Positions 7,538-17,072 of a DNA stretch of 64,000 nucleotides are shown piece by piece; within the stretch, counting starts at the first letter, position 1, and the number at the start of each line of letters is the position of its first letter. The translations under genes were made by a program, and so were the position numbers. Origin of the DNA: an uncultured virus (IMG/VR IMGVR_UViG_3300011223_000001) (Duplodnaviria; Heunggongvirae; Uroviricota; Caudoviricetes); the IMG/VR virus record IMGVR_UViG_3300011223_000001, positions 1-64,000 of that record; one strand, 5' to 3'. Below the pieces are notes generated by a model. It had not been told where the DNA came from and did not search any database. It worked only from the letters and a program-made list of their open reading frames with translations.

Positions 7538-9718
7538 TTAGACGGCCCGGCGGAAACTGCCGTAACCAGGCTGTGCCCCGAAACGGGACATCCGCATTTG
7601 GCGAGCGCGTTCGTCAGTTGCCTGCTTGATCATGGCGTCGATACCTACGCCGCCGGTGTCTTCACCGAAATCGATCTCTTGGGACAGGCGACGCAGCTGC
7701 ATCTCGATCCGAGAGATAGACATCTGGTCTTTGGTGGTCTTAAGCAGATCCAAGAGGTTGTTGAAGACCTCACGCAGTTCTGCGTTACGGGCCTGGCGGC
7801 GCCGTTCAGTGGGGGTGTAGTTTTCTTCAGTGTAGCGAGCACGTACCAAGACAGAGCCTGGGGCGATGCCATAGTGGTTGAGGTTCTGGCCCTTGGTGAC
7901 GAACCAGTGGGCAAGCAGGTAAGAGATAACCAAGTCATCGTGCGCGCCTTTAGCGTGGTCCACACGACCGTCTTTAACGACCAGTGTGAAGAACTCGTTG
8001 ATGAGTTCTTTATCCCGCACCACATGACCGCCGTAACGCACTGCCGACATCATGGTCTCACCGTACAGGCTGTCACGAGAATGACGACCCGAGGAGGAGG
8101 TGTTGAAGCCGAAGTAGCGTTTGTATGGCGTGTAGAAGCTGATCTGGCGCTGCGACACTGGGGTTTGCAGGCGACGATACTCGTCCTGGAACTCATCACG
8201 CTCATCGACGATGCGGTTGTAGATCCGGCGGAATGGATCGATACCCATGGTGTTGAGGATAATGATCAGGCTGTCGAGGATCGACAGGCCCGTCGACTTA
8301 CGTTCGAACATGAACGTAATGTTCGGGTACTTGACAAGCAGGTCTGCAATGAAGTTTGCGTAGACCTCGATGTTGGTCTCGTTGACGCGGCAGGCCATCA
8401 GAATCTCGGCCGTCTCCACGTCATACAGCGTCATACCCATGGCATCGTTGTCACCACCCAGGCCTTCAGATGGGTCGAGTGCGAGCACCGTGCGGCTGTT
8501 AGCCATGCGCTCAGCCAGGTCTTCTTCACGCACGTACCAACGCAGTACATAGCGGTAGTCGTTGATTTGCGTGTAGAGTGGTTCCCACTCAGACTTGGCA
8601 ATCCGAGCACGGGTCTCTTCATCGAACGGCGAACCGGTGGAGTCAGCTGTCCAGATGTTGAAATAGTCTCGGTCAGCCAGCTCACCCGAGGACGCCGAAT
8701 CACGAAGCTTACCCAGCAACCATTCGTCCGACTTACCGAGCTGCCGGTGGTTGAACGCACCGTAGATCAGTGGCTTCAGGCCTGTCGCACCTTTGTCCAC
8801 GACTTCGTGTAGGGCCTCTTCGTTAGGCAGGTCGAAGTAGTGTTCGGACCACACTGCGCCCGAGGTCAGGAACTGGTGCGCCCAACGACCGTCACGGGTC
8901 AGAATCGAACCTGGTGTCGTGGTGAAGATGTTGCCGTAAGGCTGGTTGGCCTCTTTGGCCTGGTCGCGCGCAGCACCTGCCGATGCTAGGGCTACTGGCA
9001 GTGATACACCGATCAGGTTGATGTAAGGTACTTCGTCGAACTGCATGATCGGTACCGTCATACCACGGCCGAGTTTGTCGGCAGCGATTTTGTCGTTTCG
9101 ACCTACAGCGGTTTTGTACTTGTTACCCAGTCGAATGCAGGTCAGCAGGTCGCTGTTATCAGCATCGTTCGGGTTATGCGGGTGAATGTAGTCGGGCAGC
9201 AGGTTACGGATTTCCTTCAGACGCTCCACGTTGGAGTTCTTCAGTTTCGTATCCTTCGTGATCAGGTTGATCGTGGTGTTCGAAGACCAGATGTAGGTAA
9301 GGCCTACGGTCAGGGAGTCAGTGGAGCCCGACTTACCCGTCTGACGTGGCTGGATCAGGGCGAAGTCAACGTGGTTGAAGAAGCTCCAATACAGCGCGAT
9401 GTTACCCCGGTTGGCCTTAAAGCGGATCGGTACGTCACCGGCGTTAGAAGGCAGTCGCGCTACTTCGCGGAAGTAATACCACGGGTTGTACTTACACTCC
9501 ATGGCAATCTTCATTTTGATCTCGGCTGTGAGATCATCCGCATACGGGTCGATGCCTGAGAGTTCCGGCTGAAGCAGCGTCAGGGGGAATTCACAGTTAT
9601 CTACACCCATACGCTTGTAAAGTTTTACAAGACGCAGAAAGGAGGTATTGCTTGTGTTATAGTCGACAACTGCCGTTGGGAAGCGTGCCCAATCGGACTT
9701 AAAGAGTACAACATCCAA
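7538..9718 (-). CDS. terL: Terminase large subunit (phiKZ gp25-like)
   Basis: NPWYYFRE, Walker A QPRQTGKS, Walker B MQFDE, nuclease LALDPSEG and HDDLVIS. Confidence 0.92.
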   Translation of the reverse strand: MDVVLFKSDWARFPTAVVDYNTSNTSFLRLVKLYKRMGVDNCEFPLTLLQPELSGIDPYADDLTAEIKMKIAMECKYNPWYYFREVARLPSNAGDVPIRFKANRGNIALYWSFFNHVDFALIQPRQTGKSGSTDSLTVGLTYIWSSNTTINLITKDTKLKNSNVERLKEIRNLLPDYIHPHNPNDADNSDLLTCIRLGNKYKTAVGRNDKIAADKLGRGMTVPIMQFDEVPYINLIGVSLPVALASAGAARDQAKEANQPYGNIFTTTPGSILTRDGRWAHQFLTSGAVWSEHYFDLPNEEALHEVVDKGATGLKPLIYGAFNHRQLGKSDEWLLGKLRDSASSGELADRDYFNIWTADSTGSPFDEETRARIAKSEWEPLYTQINDYRYVLRWYVREEDLAERMANSRTVLALDPSEGLGGDNDAMGMTLYDVETAEILMACRVNETNIEVYANFIADLLVKYPNITFMFERKSTGLSILDSLIIILNTMGIDPFRRIYNRIVDERDEFQDEYRRLQTPVSQRQISFYTPYKRYFGFNTSSSGRHSRDSLYGETMMSAVRYGGHVVRDKELINEFFTLVVKDGRVDHAKGAHDDLVISYLLAHWFVTKGQNLNHYGIAPGSVLVRARYTEENYTPTERRRQARNAELREVFNNLLDLLKTTKDQMSISRIEMQLRRLSQEIDFGEDTGGVGIDAMIKQATDERARQMRMSRFGAQPGYGSFRRAV

Positions 9719-9828
9719 GGTCTTATCCCTCGTAAATTCACATAGGTGCCTGAGACGGAATAAAGTTAAATCAGGCAGTTATACACCATACCATTATAAA
9801 AATACTTGAATGCATTGTTTTTAAGACC

Positions 9829-9843
9829 TATATTGTCTTTGTG
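9829..9843 (+). promoter_or_regulatory. Putative early promoter (TATATTG-N6-TG variant)
   Basis: AT-rich divergent intergenic region; motif recurs before other + strand units. Confidence 0.55.
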
Positions 9844-9901
9844 AATATGAAGAATAATCTTCATAGACCGTCCTTTATCGGGTCCTACCCAAGGAGTCAC
9901 C

Positions 9902-9988
9902 ATGCGCAGTATCATTCGTTTGATCGTCGTTACGGTGGTTGTAACCATTACCGTTCGAGCGACGGTTGCTGTCATCGATAACGTTTAA
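9902..9988 (+). CDS. 28-aa hydrophobic peptide MRSIIRLIVVTVVVTITVRATVAVIDNV
   Basis: AAGGAG RBS upstream; first ORF after the promoter motif. Confidence 0.55.
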   Translation: MRSIIRLIVVTVVVTITVRATVAVIDNV

Positions 9989-10029
9989 TTCCTACTGCTT
10001 TACCACCACCCCTTTTAAGGAGTAACGCC

Positions 10030-10650
10030 ATGTTCGTTAAAGCTCAATTGCTCGACCTGCAAGCCGCCATCCAGGAGTTCCACCTCGACGGCACTGTTGT
10101 CGTGAGTGATGACACCTGCCTGCTGGCGTATGGCATGCTGGACTCGGCAGTCGAAGTTCACTTCGATGTGAACGCGACGCTGTTCCAGGCCATCGTGGCG
10201 GCTACCGGCATCACTGTTGGTGGTCATGCGCTTCACCGTGAAGCGCAGTACTCCCATGGGGTGTTTATCCATGAGGGTGTGTACGCCGGTAAGACCAAGG
10301 TAGACGAGCTGTACGTCTATGACCTGGAAAACCTGCGTGTACGTTTGGAACGGCGTGGCCGGAAGAATCTGAAGGCATGTATTGCCGCAGAGTCTGGGGC
10401 TAAGTTCCAAGCCGAGCTGGCAGCACCTGCTCCAGTAGCACCGGTTCCAGCCGGTCCTACTTGGGGTGAACTCAACGAAGCCGAACAGGCCTACGAGTTG
10501 CGCTGCCAGAAGGCCGACTGGTATTACGGCTTCAGCGATTACCTGCCTGCTTATAAAGCAGGTAAGGCTGATTGCGAAGCGCTGGAGGCTGAGGCTAAGA
10601 AGCAAGGCGGTAACTACGCCCTGCTTTACAAGCACTACAGCTCCAAGTAA
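10030..10650 (+). CDS. Hypothetical early protein
   Basis: 206 aa; TAAGGAG RBS. Confidence 0.8.
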   Translation: MFVKAQLLDLQAAIQEFHLDGTVVVSDDTCLLAYGMLDSAVEVHFDVNATLFQAIVAATGITVGGHALHREAQYSHGVFIHEGVYAGKTKVDELYVYDLENLRVRLERRGRKNLKACIAAESGAKFQAELAAPAPVAPVPAGPTWGELNEAEQAYELRCQKADWYYGFSDYLPAYKAGKADCEALEAEAKKQGGNYALLYKHYSSK

Positions 10651-10704
10651 TATACCACCCCGGGGGCAGGCGCCCCCATCCACTACTCCTTTTAAGGAAT
10701 AACC

Positions 10705-11148
10705 ATGAAATTTGCACACTCCAAAGCAGCACTGGCTTTCTTCAACTTGGCCATGACTGAGCTCAACCACCGTGAACACCTCGACCACCACTCGATGCGT
10801 CGCTATGACGTAGCGATTGGTGGTAAGGCGGCCGTGGTGCTCACCGGTCTGTCCGGTGACATCTTCATCTTCACTGGTGTGTACAAGAAGGGCACTACCA
10901 AACCCGTTGGCTTCCATCTGCAAATTGATGGAGCAGTGCACGACAATGCAGGTCCTGAGGCGTTGACCAAGAGGGCGACGGAATTGCTGGAACGCTCAGT
11001 GTTCCATGGCTGGTTCCCAGCTGCCTTCATCACCGCGATCAATGAGCATCGTATCTGCGGCCTTGCACCCGAAGAGTGCGATCCGTTTGATGAAGCGTAT
11101 AACGAGGAAATGGATCAGCTCACTGAGATGCTGAACCTTCTTCGTTAA
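10705..11148 (+). CDS. Hypothetical early protein
   Basis: 147 aa; TAAGGA RBS; followed by a hairpin and U-tract. Confidence 0.8.
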   Translation: MKFAHSKAALAFFNLAMTELNHREHLDHHSMRRYDVAIGGKAAVVLTGLSGDIFIFTGVYKKGTTKPVGFHLQIDGAVHDNAGPEALTKRATELLERSVFHGWFPAAFITAINEHRICGLAPEECDPFDEAYNEEMDQLTEMLNLLR

Positions 11149-11152
11149 TACC

Positions 11153-11176
11153 AGGGCCTTCGGGCCCTTTTCTTTT
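11153..11176 (+). terminator. Intrinsic terminator
   Basis: AGGGCC-TTCG-GGCCCT-TTTCTTTT. Confidence 0.8.
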
Positions 11177-11358
11177 AGGTGTATGGGACGAGTATGGCAA
11201 CACTACCAGAGCTGTGGGTGCCGCTGCCGGTGTACCACAGCGTCCTGTGCGTGACGACAGCCGTGACTATGCGGCTGCGGGTGAAGCCATCGCCCGTATC
11301 TTCGGCGCCGCTTTGGTGGTTTGGTCGGCGCGTCGTTAATCGAAATACCCTTGACGTC

Positions 11359-11373
11359 TATATCACTGACATG
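11359..11373 (+). promoter_or_regulatory. Putative early promoter TATATCA-N6-TG
   Basis: CTATATCACTGACATGAAT, identical to the copy at 30927. Confidence 0.65.
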
Positions 11374-11401
11374 AATAACCAACCCCTTTAAGGATTATCC
11401 C

Positions 11402-11815
11402 ATGACTGTTGCTTCTATCTGTAAAGCCTGTGCCGATCGCCCTAAAACTTGGCAGGGTACAGACCCTAAGTGTGGTTTCCAGAATGGTCAGTTCGACGGC
11501 CTGGAAAACTGGAACTGCGCTACGGCAAACCTGATTCGACACCTCGCAGACCGGCGCGGTAATGCAGACATCAAACTGCATCAACAGGAGAATCAGAGTT
11601 ATGCCACCCTCGATCTCTACGGTGTTGATGTCATGCCTGAAGAAGACGACAAGGGCATGATGAATCTTCAACCCCTGTGCCTTTGGGTAACCTGGTATAA
11701 AAGCCGCGGTCGTACCGAAGGACTGTGGTTGATGTTTGATAACCAACCACCACGCCCACCTACCGAAGAGGAGTGCGTGCGCATCATTGAGCATTACGCT
11801 CAAGCCAGTAAGTAA
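11402..11815 (+). CDS. Hypothetical Cys-containing protein
   Basis: 137 aa; CKAC..KCGF..NWNC; RBS. Confidence 0.75.
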   Translation: MTVASICKACADRPKTWQGTDPKCGFQNGQFDGLENWNCATANLIRHLADRRGNADIKLHQQENQSYATLDLYGVDVMPEEDDKGMMNLQPLCLWVTWYKSRGRTEGLWLMFDNQPPRPPTEEECVRIIEHYAQASK

Positions 11816-11847
11816 CAACAACCCACCATCCCTTTAAGGAATAACGT

Positions 11848-12144
11848 ATGAACCTTGGTAAAAACATTCTGCAAGACTTTCAACCGTTCGTGGATGCGGT
11901 ACTGGCCGATGCCATGGAACACCAAGACTGGCCGGACGATGCGGAGTTCAAAGTGAGCTACCGCACCAAGGCTTGGCCGTGTGGCTACGACGACACCCGC
12001 CATGTGTACTTCACCGAACGCGAAGCACTTCAGGCATGGGAAGCGTCCTACGCCAAGTGGGCAGGACAAGACGGTAATAGCGTCGAGTTCACCGTCTACC
12101 AATGGGACCTCGGTCCTCAAGTCCTCAAACACGACTGGTTCTAA
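11848..12144 (+). CDS. Hypothetical protein
   Basis: 98 aa; TAAGGA RBS. Confidence 0.75.
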   Translation: MNLGKNILQDFQPFVDAVLADAMEHQDWPDDAEFKVSYRTKAWPCGYDDTRHVYFTEREALQAWEASYAKWAGQDGNSVEFTVYQWDLGPQVLKHDWF

Positions 12145-12154
12145 GGAACTCCAC

Positions 12155-12499
12155 ATGTCCGAGTCATTAGCTAACATCGTTGCACCTACCGATCTGGGCC
12201 TGACCGACGACGGTCAGCTTTTTGTCTACATCAGTGACGCACTGACCGACATCGAGAGTGCCAGCAAGTCGGCGCTCGAGTGGGCTTGCGGCGCCGTGAA
12301 CGACGAGGGTGTTAAAGAACACAACCTTGCGCTTACGTTCAACCTGCCTGAAGCCGTGGATGAACTTCTGGAGTTCTACAACGAGGGTGCCGAGGATGAA
12401 AAACAAATCCCGGTAGACAAGAAACCTAAGTTCGACTCCCTACGTGCACAGCTCATCGAGGCTGTAGCGCTCCTCGACCGTGTACAGTACAAGTACTAG
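12155..12499 (+). CDS. Hypothetical acidic protein
   Basis: Probable start MSESLAN at 12155 after TAAGGA. Confidence 0.75.
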   Translation: MSESLANIVAPTDLGLTDDGQLFVYISDALTDIESASKSALEWACGAVNDEGVKEHNLALTFNLPEAVDELLEFYNEGAEDEKQIPVDKKPKFDSLRAQLIEAVALLDRVQYKY

Positions 12500-12565
12500 G
12501 CCGACATAAGTCTGCCCTTCGGGGCAGGTCTTCTATTTTCTTTACTTTGTCTTTAGGATAATACC

Positions 12566-12988
12566 ATGAACGATGTATCACGTCTGAACAAAATGCTCAA
12601 CTACTCTTCGGGTGAAGGTACACTGTCGCTCGCCCAAGGGTTGGTTATCGGTACTCGCCGACATGGTGGGGATTACTATGCCGTGTTGATCCATAACGAA
12701 GATGCTTTCAGCGAAGTCCGCGATCGTTTCGCCGAAGACTGGGGCTGGGAGTGTTTCCTGAAACGACGTGATTGGTACCCATTCCGTACTGGCCGCACCG
12801 CAGAAGAAGCGTTAGGTAAGTTGCTCGACTTCCTGAACAACACCCTCACCCACGATCGTCAAAAGCTGATCAACTGGTCGAGCAACTGTTCCATGTTGGA
12901 GCAGGAGATCATCAAGGGTGATGAAGGTAACTACGATCTTTGCAACATCCCCAACAACTGGATAACGTCTCTGGCCGAGGCTTACTAA
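12566..12988 (+). CDS. Hypothetical protein
   Basis: 140 aa; RBS. Confidence 0.75.
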   Translation: MNDVSRLNKMLNYSSGEGTLSLAQGLVIGTRRHGGDYYAVLIHNEDAFSEVRDRFAEDWGWECFLKRRDWYPFRTGRTAEEALGKLLDFLNNTLTHDRQKLINWSSNCSMLEQEIIKGDEGNYDLCNIPNNWITSLAEAY

Positions 12989-13004
12989 AACTGAGACGTT
13001 TACC

Positions 13005-13862
13005 ATGAAAGACAAAAAGTTCATAGTCGCCACCCCAGGCCATCTGCCGGTTATCCCAACCTACATCGAGAAGAACACCATGACCAAGCAAGAATACTAC
13101 CGCAACTGGTTCGAAGCGAAACGTAAGTTCATCATGGAAACGCAGGCGTGCAACGAGGAAGATATCTCAGCACTGGGGGTCGTAGCACAGATCTTCGATA
13201 TCAACACCTACGACGACGAAGTCGATCGTCACTTTGCTCGCATGATCATGCGAGTGTTCGTGGCCATCGTCGAAGGCCGAGGTACTGCGTTCCAAGACGA
13301 GTCGCACCAAAACTACCTCGACTACCTGACCGTGATGAATCTGCGTAACATTCAGTCGCTGTTCTCCTGGGGTACGTCGATTCGTGGGGCATGGTTCTCA
13401 CCGGATCGTGACAAGGGTTGGAAGGCGGACAAGTACATCGGGGTGTGTGACGGTGAGGCGTACCTTTATATCAACGACCGTGACGACTTCAAGGAGTGTG
13501 TGTTGGCAATCCAAGCCGTCATCGATAACGAAGAAGCCAAACCAATCGACCTCGACGAGCTCAACAAGGTTTACGAGAACGATCCTGCGGCAATCAAGCA
13601 GCTCCAAGCCAGCAAGATCGTGACCGAAATCAACAATGCCATCGCTACAGCCATGGAAGACAAGGTCATCCAGTCGGCTGAACAAGCTGAAGAGCTCTTC
13701 TCCAGAGTCATCGACGACCGGCTCATGCCATTGGTCGCGGGTGGGTTGAAAGATACCTGGTGGGGGTTCATTCGTCAAGAACCTACACCACTGCAACCTT
13801 CGTTGTCGTGGCTGATCACCATCAGAGTCGAAGGTGTTGAAGGCCAGATCACGCTCGGTTAA
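13005..13862 (+). CDS. Hypothetical protein
   Basis: 285 aa; includes WGTSIRGAWF. Confidence 0.75.
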   Translation: MKDKKFIVATPGHLPVIPTYIEKNTMTKQEYYRNWFEAKRKFIMETQACNEEDISALGVVAQIFDINTYDDEVDRHFARMIMRVFVAIVEGRGTAFQDESHQNYLDYLTVMNLRNIQSLFSWGTSIRGAWFSPDRDKGWKADKYIGVCDGEAYLYINDRDDFKECVLAIQAVIDNEEAKPIDLDELNKVYENDPAAIKQLQASKIVTEINNAIATAMEDKVIQSAEQAEELFSRVIDDRLMPLVAGGLKDTWWGFIRQEPTPLQPSLSWLITIRVEGVEGQITLG

Positions 13863-13911
13863 TTCCACTCGGTCCGGGCAATCGGACCCACTTTGCCTCT
13901 GAGGTAAAACA

Positions 13912-14457
13912 ATGACTTTTCCTAAACATGCACTCGACAAACTCGACAACAGTCTCTTCCAGCATTATCCAGCGCCAACTCATGTCGCGCACGGTGATGC
14001 TAAAATCGACACGGTCAAACTGCAATCGTTGTTGACTGAGTTCGGTCTGACGACGTTGGTGGATTACGACAAGGTTGTACTGGCTTACTACTACCCAGGT
14101 ATCCACGCTGACAAAAGGACCTGTGCTCAACTCGGTATTGTCACGGATACCGCTTACCTACATGTCAACGTTGGTCATGAACCCTTCCGGGATGTGTTGT
14201 TCGAACGCTGGCCGCTTATCATGGACCAAGCGACGTTTCACCAGTACCCTGGGCACAGCAATAATCCGAATCCACCGATGACGTGGCCATCGGTGCAAGC
14301 AAAGTTCTATCTGAGCCATGTCGGCCACCGTGAACTACGTTGGACCAACGACAAAGATGACGCGAATCTTCAAGTCGTGCTGCGCCGTGAAGAACCTGTA
14401 CATTTCACCGAAATCGATATTTTTCTAACCACCGTTTCCGAGGAAACCGCAGAATGA
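13912..14457 (+). CDS. Hypothetical protein
   Basis: 181 aa; GAGG RBS. Confidence 0.7.
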   Translation: MTFPKHALDKLDNSLFQHYPAPTHVAHGDAKIDTVKLQSLLTEFGLTTLVDYDKVVLAYYYPGIHADKRTCAQLGIVTDTAYLHVNVGHEPFRDVLFERWPLIMDQATFHQYPGHSNNPNPPMTWPSVQAKFYLSHVGHRELRWTNDKDDANLQVVLRREEPVHFTEIDIFLTTVSEETAE

Positions 14458-15440
14458 ACACCCCATTCGTAACCGTCGACACCATCACCTACACCACGGT
14501 CAAATGCAAGTGCCCGTTGTGTGGTAAGCACGAGTGGACTGTCAGTCACCTGTTTGCCGATGCGGCTAAGCGTTCCGAAGGCTACTACCCGGTGTACTGG
14601 GACTGTGCGGAATGCTTCGCGAAATTCGACATCCGCATCTACGCAGACCAGCACGTCGAGTTCTCGCAAACCGGCACCAACGAAAACCCGTTTATCGAAT
14701 CGATCGTGTTATTGCGGTCATCGTTGGTGGGTGAGGGTGGCACACCGATTTATGCCGTCCTCAATACACGTTCCTTTAAGGACCAATTGGAGAAGGAAAA
14801 AGCAGAGCCATTCAGTAGCTCGCTGGATTACTACTACAACGACGGAACCTGTCCAACGAACTGGCTCCGTGATGTAATCGCATTGGTTCAGGATGGTGAT
14901 CCTGACCCACACGGTTGCTTCGAGTTCGTCGGTGCTCGTCCTCGTGCTGAGTTGCTGGAGCTGCTCAATAAGCGCCCCGATGCAGAACGTCACAATGCCA
15001 ATAACCCGAAAGACTTTATCACCGACAATCTTGGACTGATCTTCCCAGAACTCTTCAGTGACGGTGAAGTCATCGACGGTGAACAGGCGGTGGAACCCAA
15101 GGTGATCGCTCAAGGCAGCATGGACAAGCTCGATGACGATGGCATGTGGCCGAAATCACAGGAACAGATTCAACAGGAAAACGAGCAAGCCTGGAAGGAG
15201 TTTTTCTTGCGGATCGAGCGGCGTGGGTTGGTGGATGCCTTCTGCGAAGCAGCCCAGCTGACAGAAGGACAATATAAGACACTACTTAGAGCCCACGGTT
15301 TCATGTTAGCACCCAGGGAAGCTCCTCTGGTCGTCGAGTTCATGCAGTGCCACCAGATCCCATCACTTACCACGCCTGACCCACTGGCACCCCTTGACAT
15401 CCCTAAACTTCCCGATATAGGGCGTGGTCTAATTTACTAA
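14454..15440 (+). CDS. Hypothetical protein with N-terminal Zn-ribbon
   Basis: CPLC...CAEC; ATGA overlap with the upstream gene. Confidence 0.7.
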   Translation: MNTPFVTVDTITYTTVKCKCPLCGKHEWTVSHLFADAAKRSEGYYPVYWDCAECFAKFDIRIYADQHVEFSQTGTNENPFIESIVLLRSSLVGEGGTPIYAVLNTRSFKDQLEKEKAEPFSSSLDYYYNDGTCPTNWLRDVIALVQDGDPDPHGCFEFVGARPRAELLELLNKRPDAERHNANNPKDFITDNLGLIFPELFSDGEVIDGEQAVEPKVIAQGSMDKLDDDGMWPKSQEQIQQENEQAWKEFFLRIERRGLVDAFCEAAQLTEGQYKTLLRAHGFMLAPREAPLVVEFMQCHQIPSLTTPDPLAPLDIPKLPDIGRGLIY

Positions 15441-15466
15441 CGTCAAGCACAACAAGGAGTAATGCA

Positions 15467-15736
15467 ATGCCTCGCGAAGGTCAAACAATGTCTGCTGTGC
15501 AGCGTGAACACGTTCGTCAGGCAGCTACCCGTCGTGAATCCACCATCCGCCAAAAAGTATCGGTAAACGGTGTGGTTTACGACAATTACTCCCAAGCTGC
15601 GGCAGCTACGGGCATCAGTATCCGTAGCATACGCCGCTATGCCAACCATGGGGTTCCGCCCCAAGCCACCCGCAACAAACTACTAACGCCCGAGCGCCAT
15701 GCCTTGGCACTTACTATCAAACTACACAACGACTAA
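15467..15736 (+). CDS. Small NUMOD1-like HTH DNA-binding protein
   Basis: VSVNGVVYDNYSQAAAATGISIRSIRRY; AAGGAG RBS. Confidence 0.6.
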   Translation: MPREGQTMSAVQREHVRQAATRRESTIRQKVSVNGVVYDNYSQAAAATGISIRSIRRYANHGVPPQATRNKLLTPERHALALTIKLHND

Positions 15737-15745
15737 GGATGTCCA

Positions 15746-16213
15746 ATGAACCCGCTGAACAACACTAAACTGAAAGGCCGCAACACCGCAGCACTGGAAC
15801 TGCTGGCCAACGGTTACGCTGAAGACGTACGAGAAGAGGACCGTGGTGAGGTCTATGTGCTGCGCGCAATGGTCTTTCTGATGCTTCTAGACATCAGCCT
15901 GCTTGGCGGCCAGTTCAAAATGCCCGGCATGGAGTTTGAATCATCACACTACACCGGTCCACAAGACACAGGCTGGCGTTACGTGATCCGATTGACGTTG
16001 GACCGCGAACACAGCCACGGCTCGCCGAGCAATGTCATCACCTTCTTCTACAAGGATGTGTTAGAATACCCAAGCCTGTGGTACTACGGTGAAGAGACAC
16101 CGGAGAACAAAAACGGTGATCTGATCTCGGCTCATGAGACGTGCATGTTGTATGACCTCGCTTGGGCCTACGATCATTATTTCGGCACGAAGCTTCTGGC
16201 CGGTAAATGTTGA
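15746..16213 (+). CDS. Hypothetical protein
   Basis: 155 aa; RBS. Confidence 0.7.
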   Translation: MNPLNNTKLKGRNTAALELLANGYAEDVREEDRGEVYVLRAMVFLMLLDISLLGGQFKMPGMEFESSHYTGPQDTGWRYVIRLTLDREHSHGSPSNVITFFYKDVLEYPSLWYYGEETPENKNGDLISAHETCMLYDLAWAYDHYFGTKLLAGKC

Positions 16214-16309
16214 TCTAACCGACATAAGCCCCTCCCACGCGGGAGGGGCTTATGCCTTTTTCTTTTTTCGAGCGGTATTGTTTAGAACAAGTTCAGGGTG
16301 AGATAGACC

Positions 16310-17035
16310 ATGTTAGAAACAATGCTAATGACGCCCTCTGTAGAGGCAGGTCCAGTCGGACAAGTAGAGTGGAGGCAGCCTGGCACGTATACATGGACGG
16401 TGCCGGAGGGTGTTTACAGTGTTTCTGCTGCTCTGGTAGGGGCAGGTGAATCCACAATAATGCCTGCCGGTAGCAGTTCCGGGACATCGGGCGCAGGGGG
16501 TGCGGTGTTATACCGCAATGACATCGCAGTTACCCCGGGTAATACGGTAACGGTTGTTGTGGGTTCTGGTGCCGACAATAGAAGTTCGAGTGTGCGGGCA
16601 ACCGCACTATCTAAGATTGACGCATTCGGGTTGGCCGCAGGCTATGGCACTACGGTAACGGCTAATAACACTAGCTTAAAGAGGGTAGGTTTTACTGGTG
16701 GTACGGGGGTTTCCTTAAGCGCAAGTAGCGTACCGTCAACGACATACATTTCGGGTGGTCATGCGGCAACGTATACCGGCAATGGCACTGGTGGTAAGGT
16801 AATTCAAGATAGTTATGCAAACGCACTGAAAGAAATGTCGAAGGGTTTCAATCTGAAGACAGGACAACAAGTGCAAGCCGGTGGTAGCAGTGGTCTTCTT
16901 AACGGACCAGGTGCGGGCGGTAACATCGAAATGTCAGGATCAACGCGATGGTATTACCCTGCCGGTAACGGGATGGTTCGTATTATCTGGGGTAAGAATC
17001 GAGCCTTTCCTGACAAGGGTATTGGCGACCTATAA
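16310..17035 (+). CDS. Glycine-rich, probably tail/fibre-associated protein
   Basis: PGTYTWTVPEGV..GAGG..VTPG..VVVG..GNGMVRIIWG Gly-rich domain; hairpin elements on both sides. Confidence 0.55.
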   Translation: MLETMLMTPSVEAGPVGQVEWRQPGTYTWTVPEGVYSVSAALVGAGESTIMPAGSSSGTSGAGGAVLYRNDIAVTPGNTVTVVVGSGADNRSSSVRATALSKIDAFGLAAGYGTTVTANNTSLKRVGFTGGTGVSLSASSVPSTTYISGGHAATYTGNGTGGKVIQDSYANALKEMSKGFNLKTGQQVQAGGSSGLLNGPGAGGNIEMSGSTRWYYPAGNGMVRIIWGKNRAFPDKGIGDL

Positions 17036-17072
17036 GGACATAGGCCTGCCCTACTGGGCAGGCTTTATGCCG

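Noticed and set aside
11179..11391. 70-aa ORF from the track
   Set aside because: It follows a terminator and runs across the next promoter. Another frame looks more protein-like but has no start codon, so it is at best a remnant.
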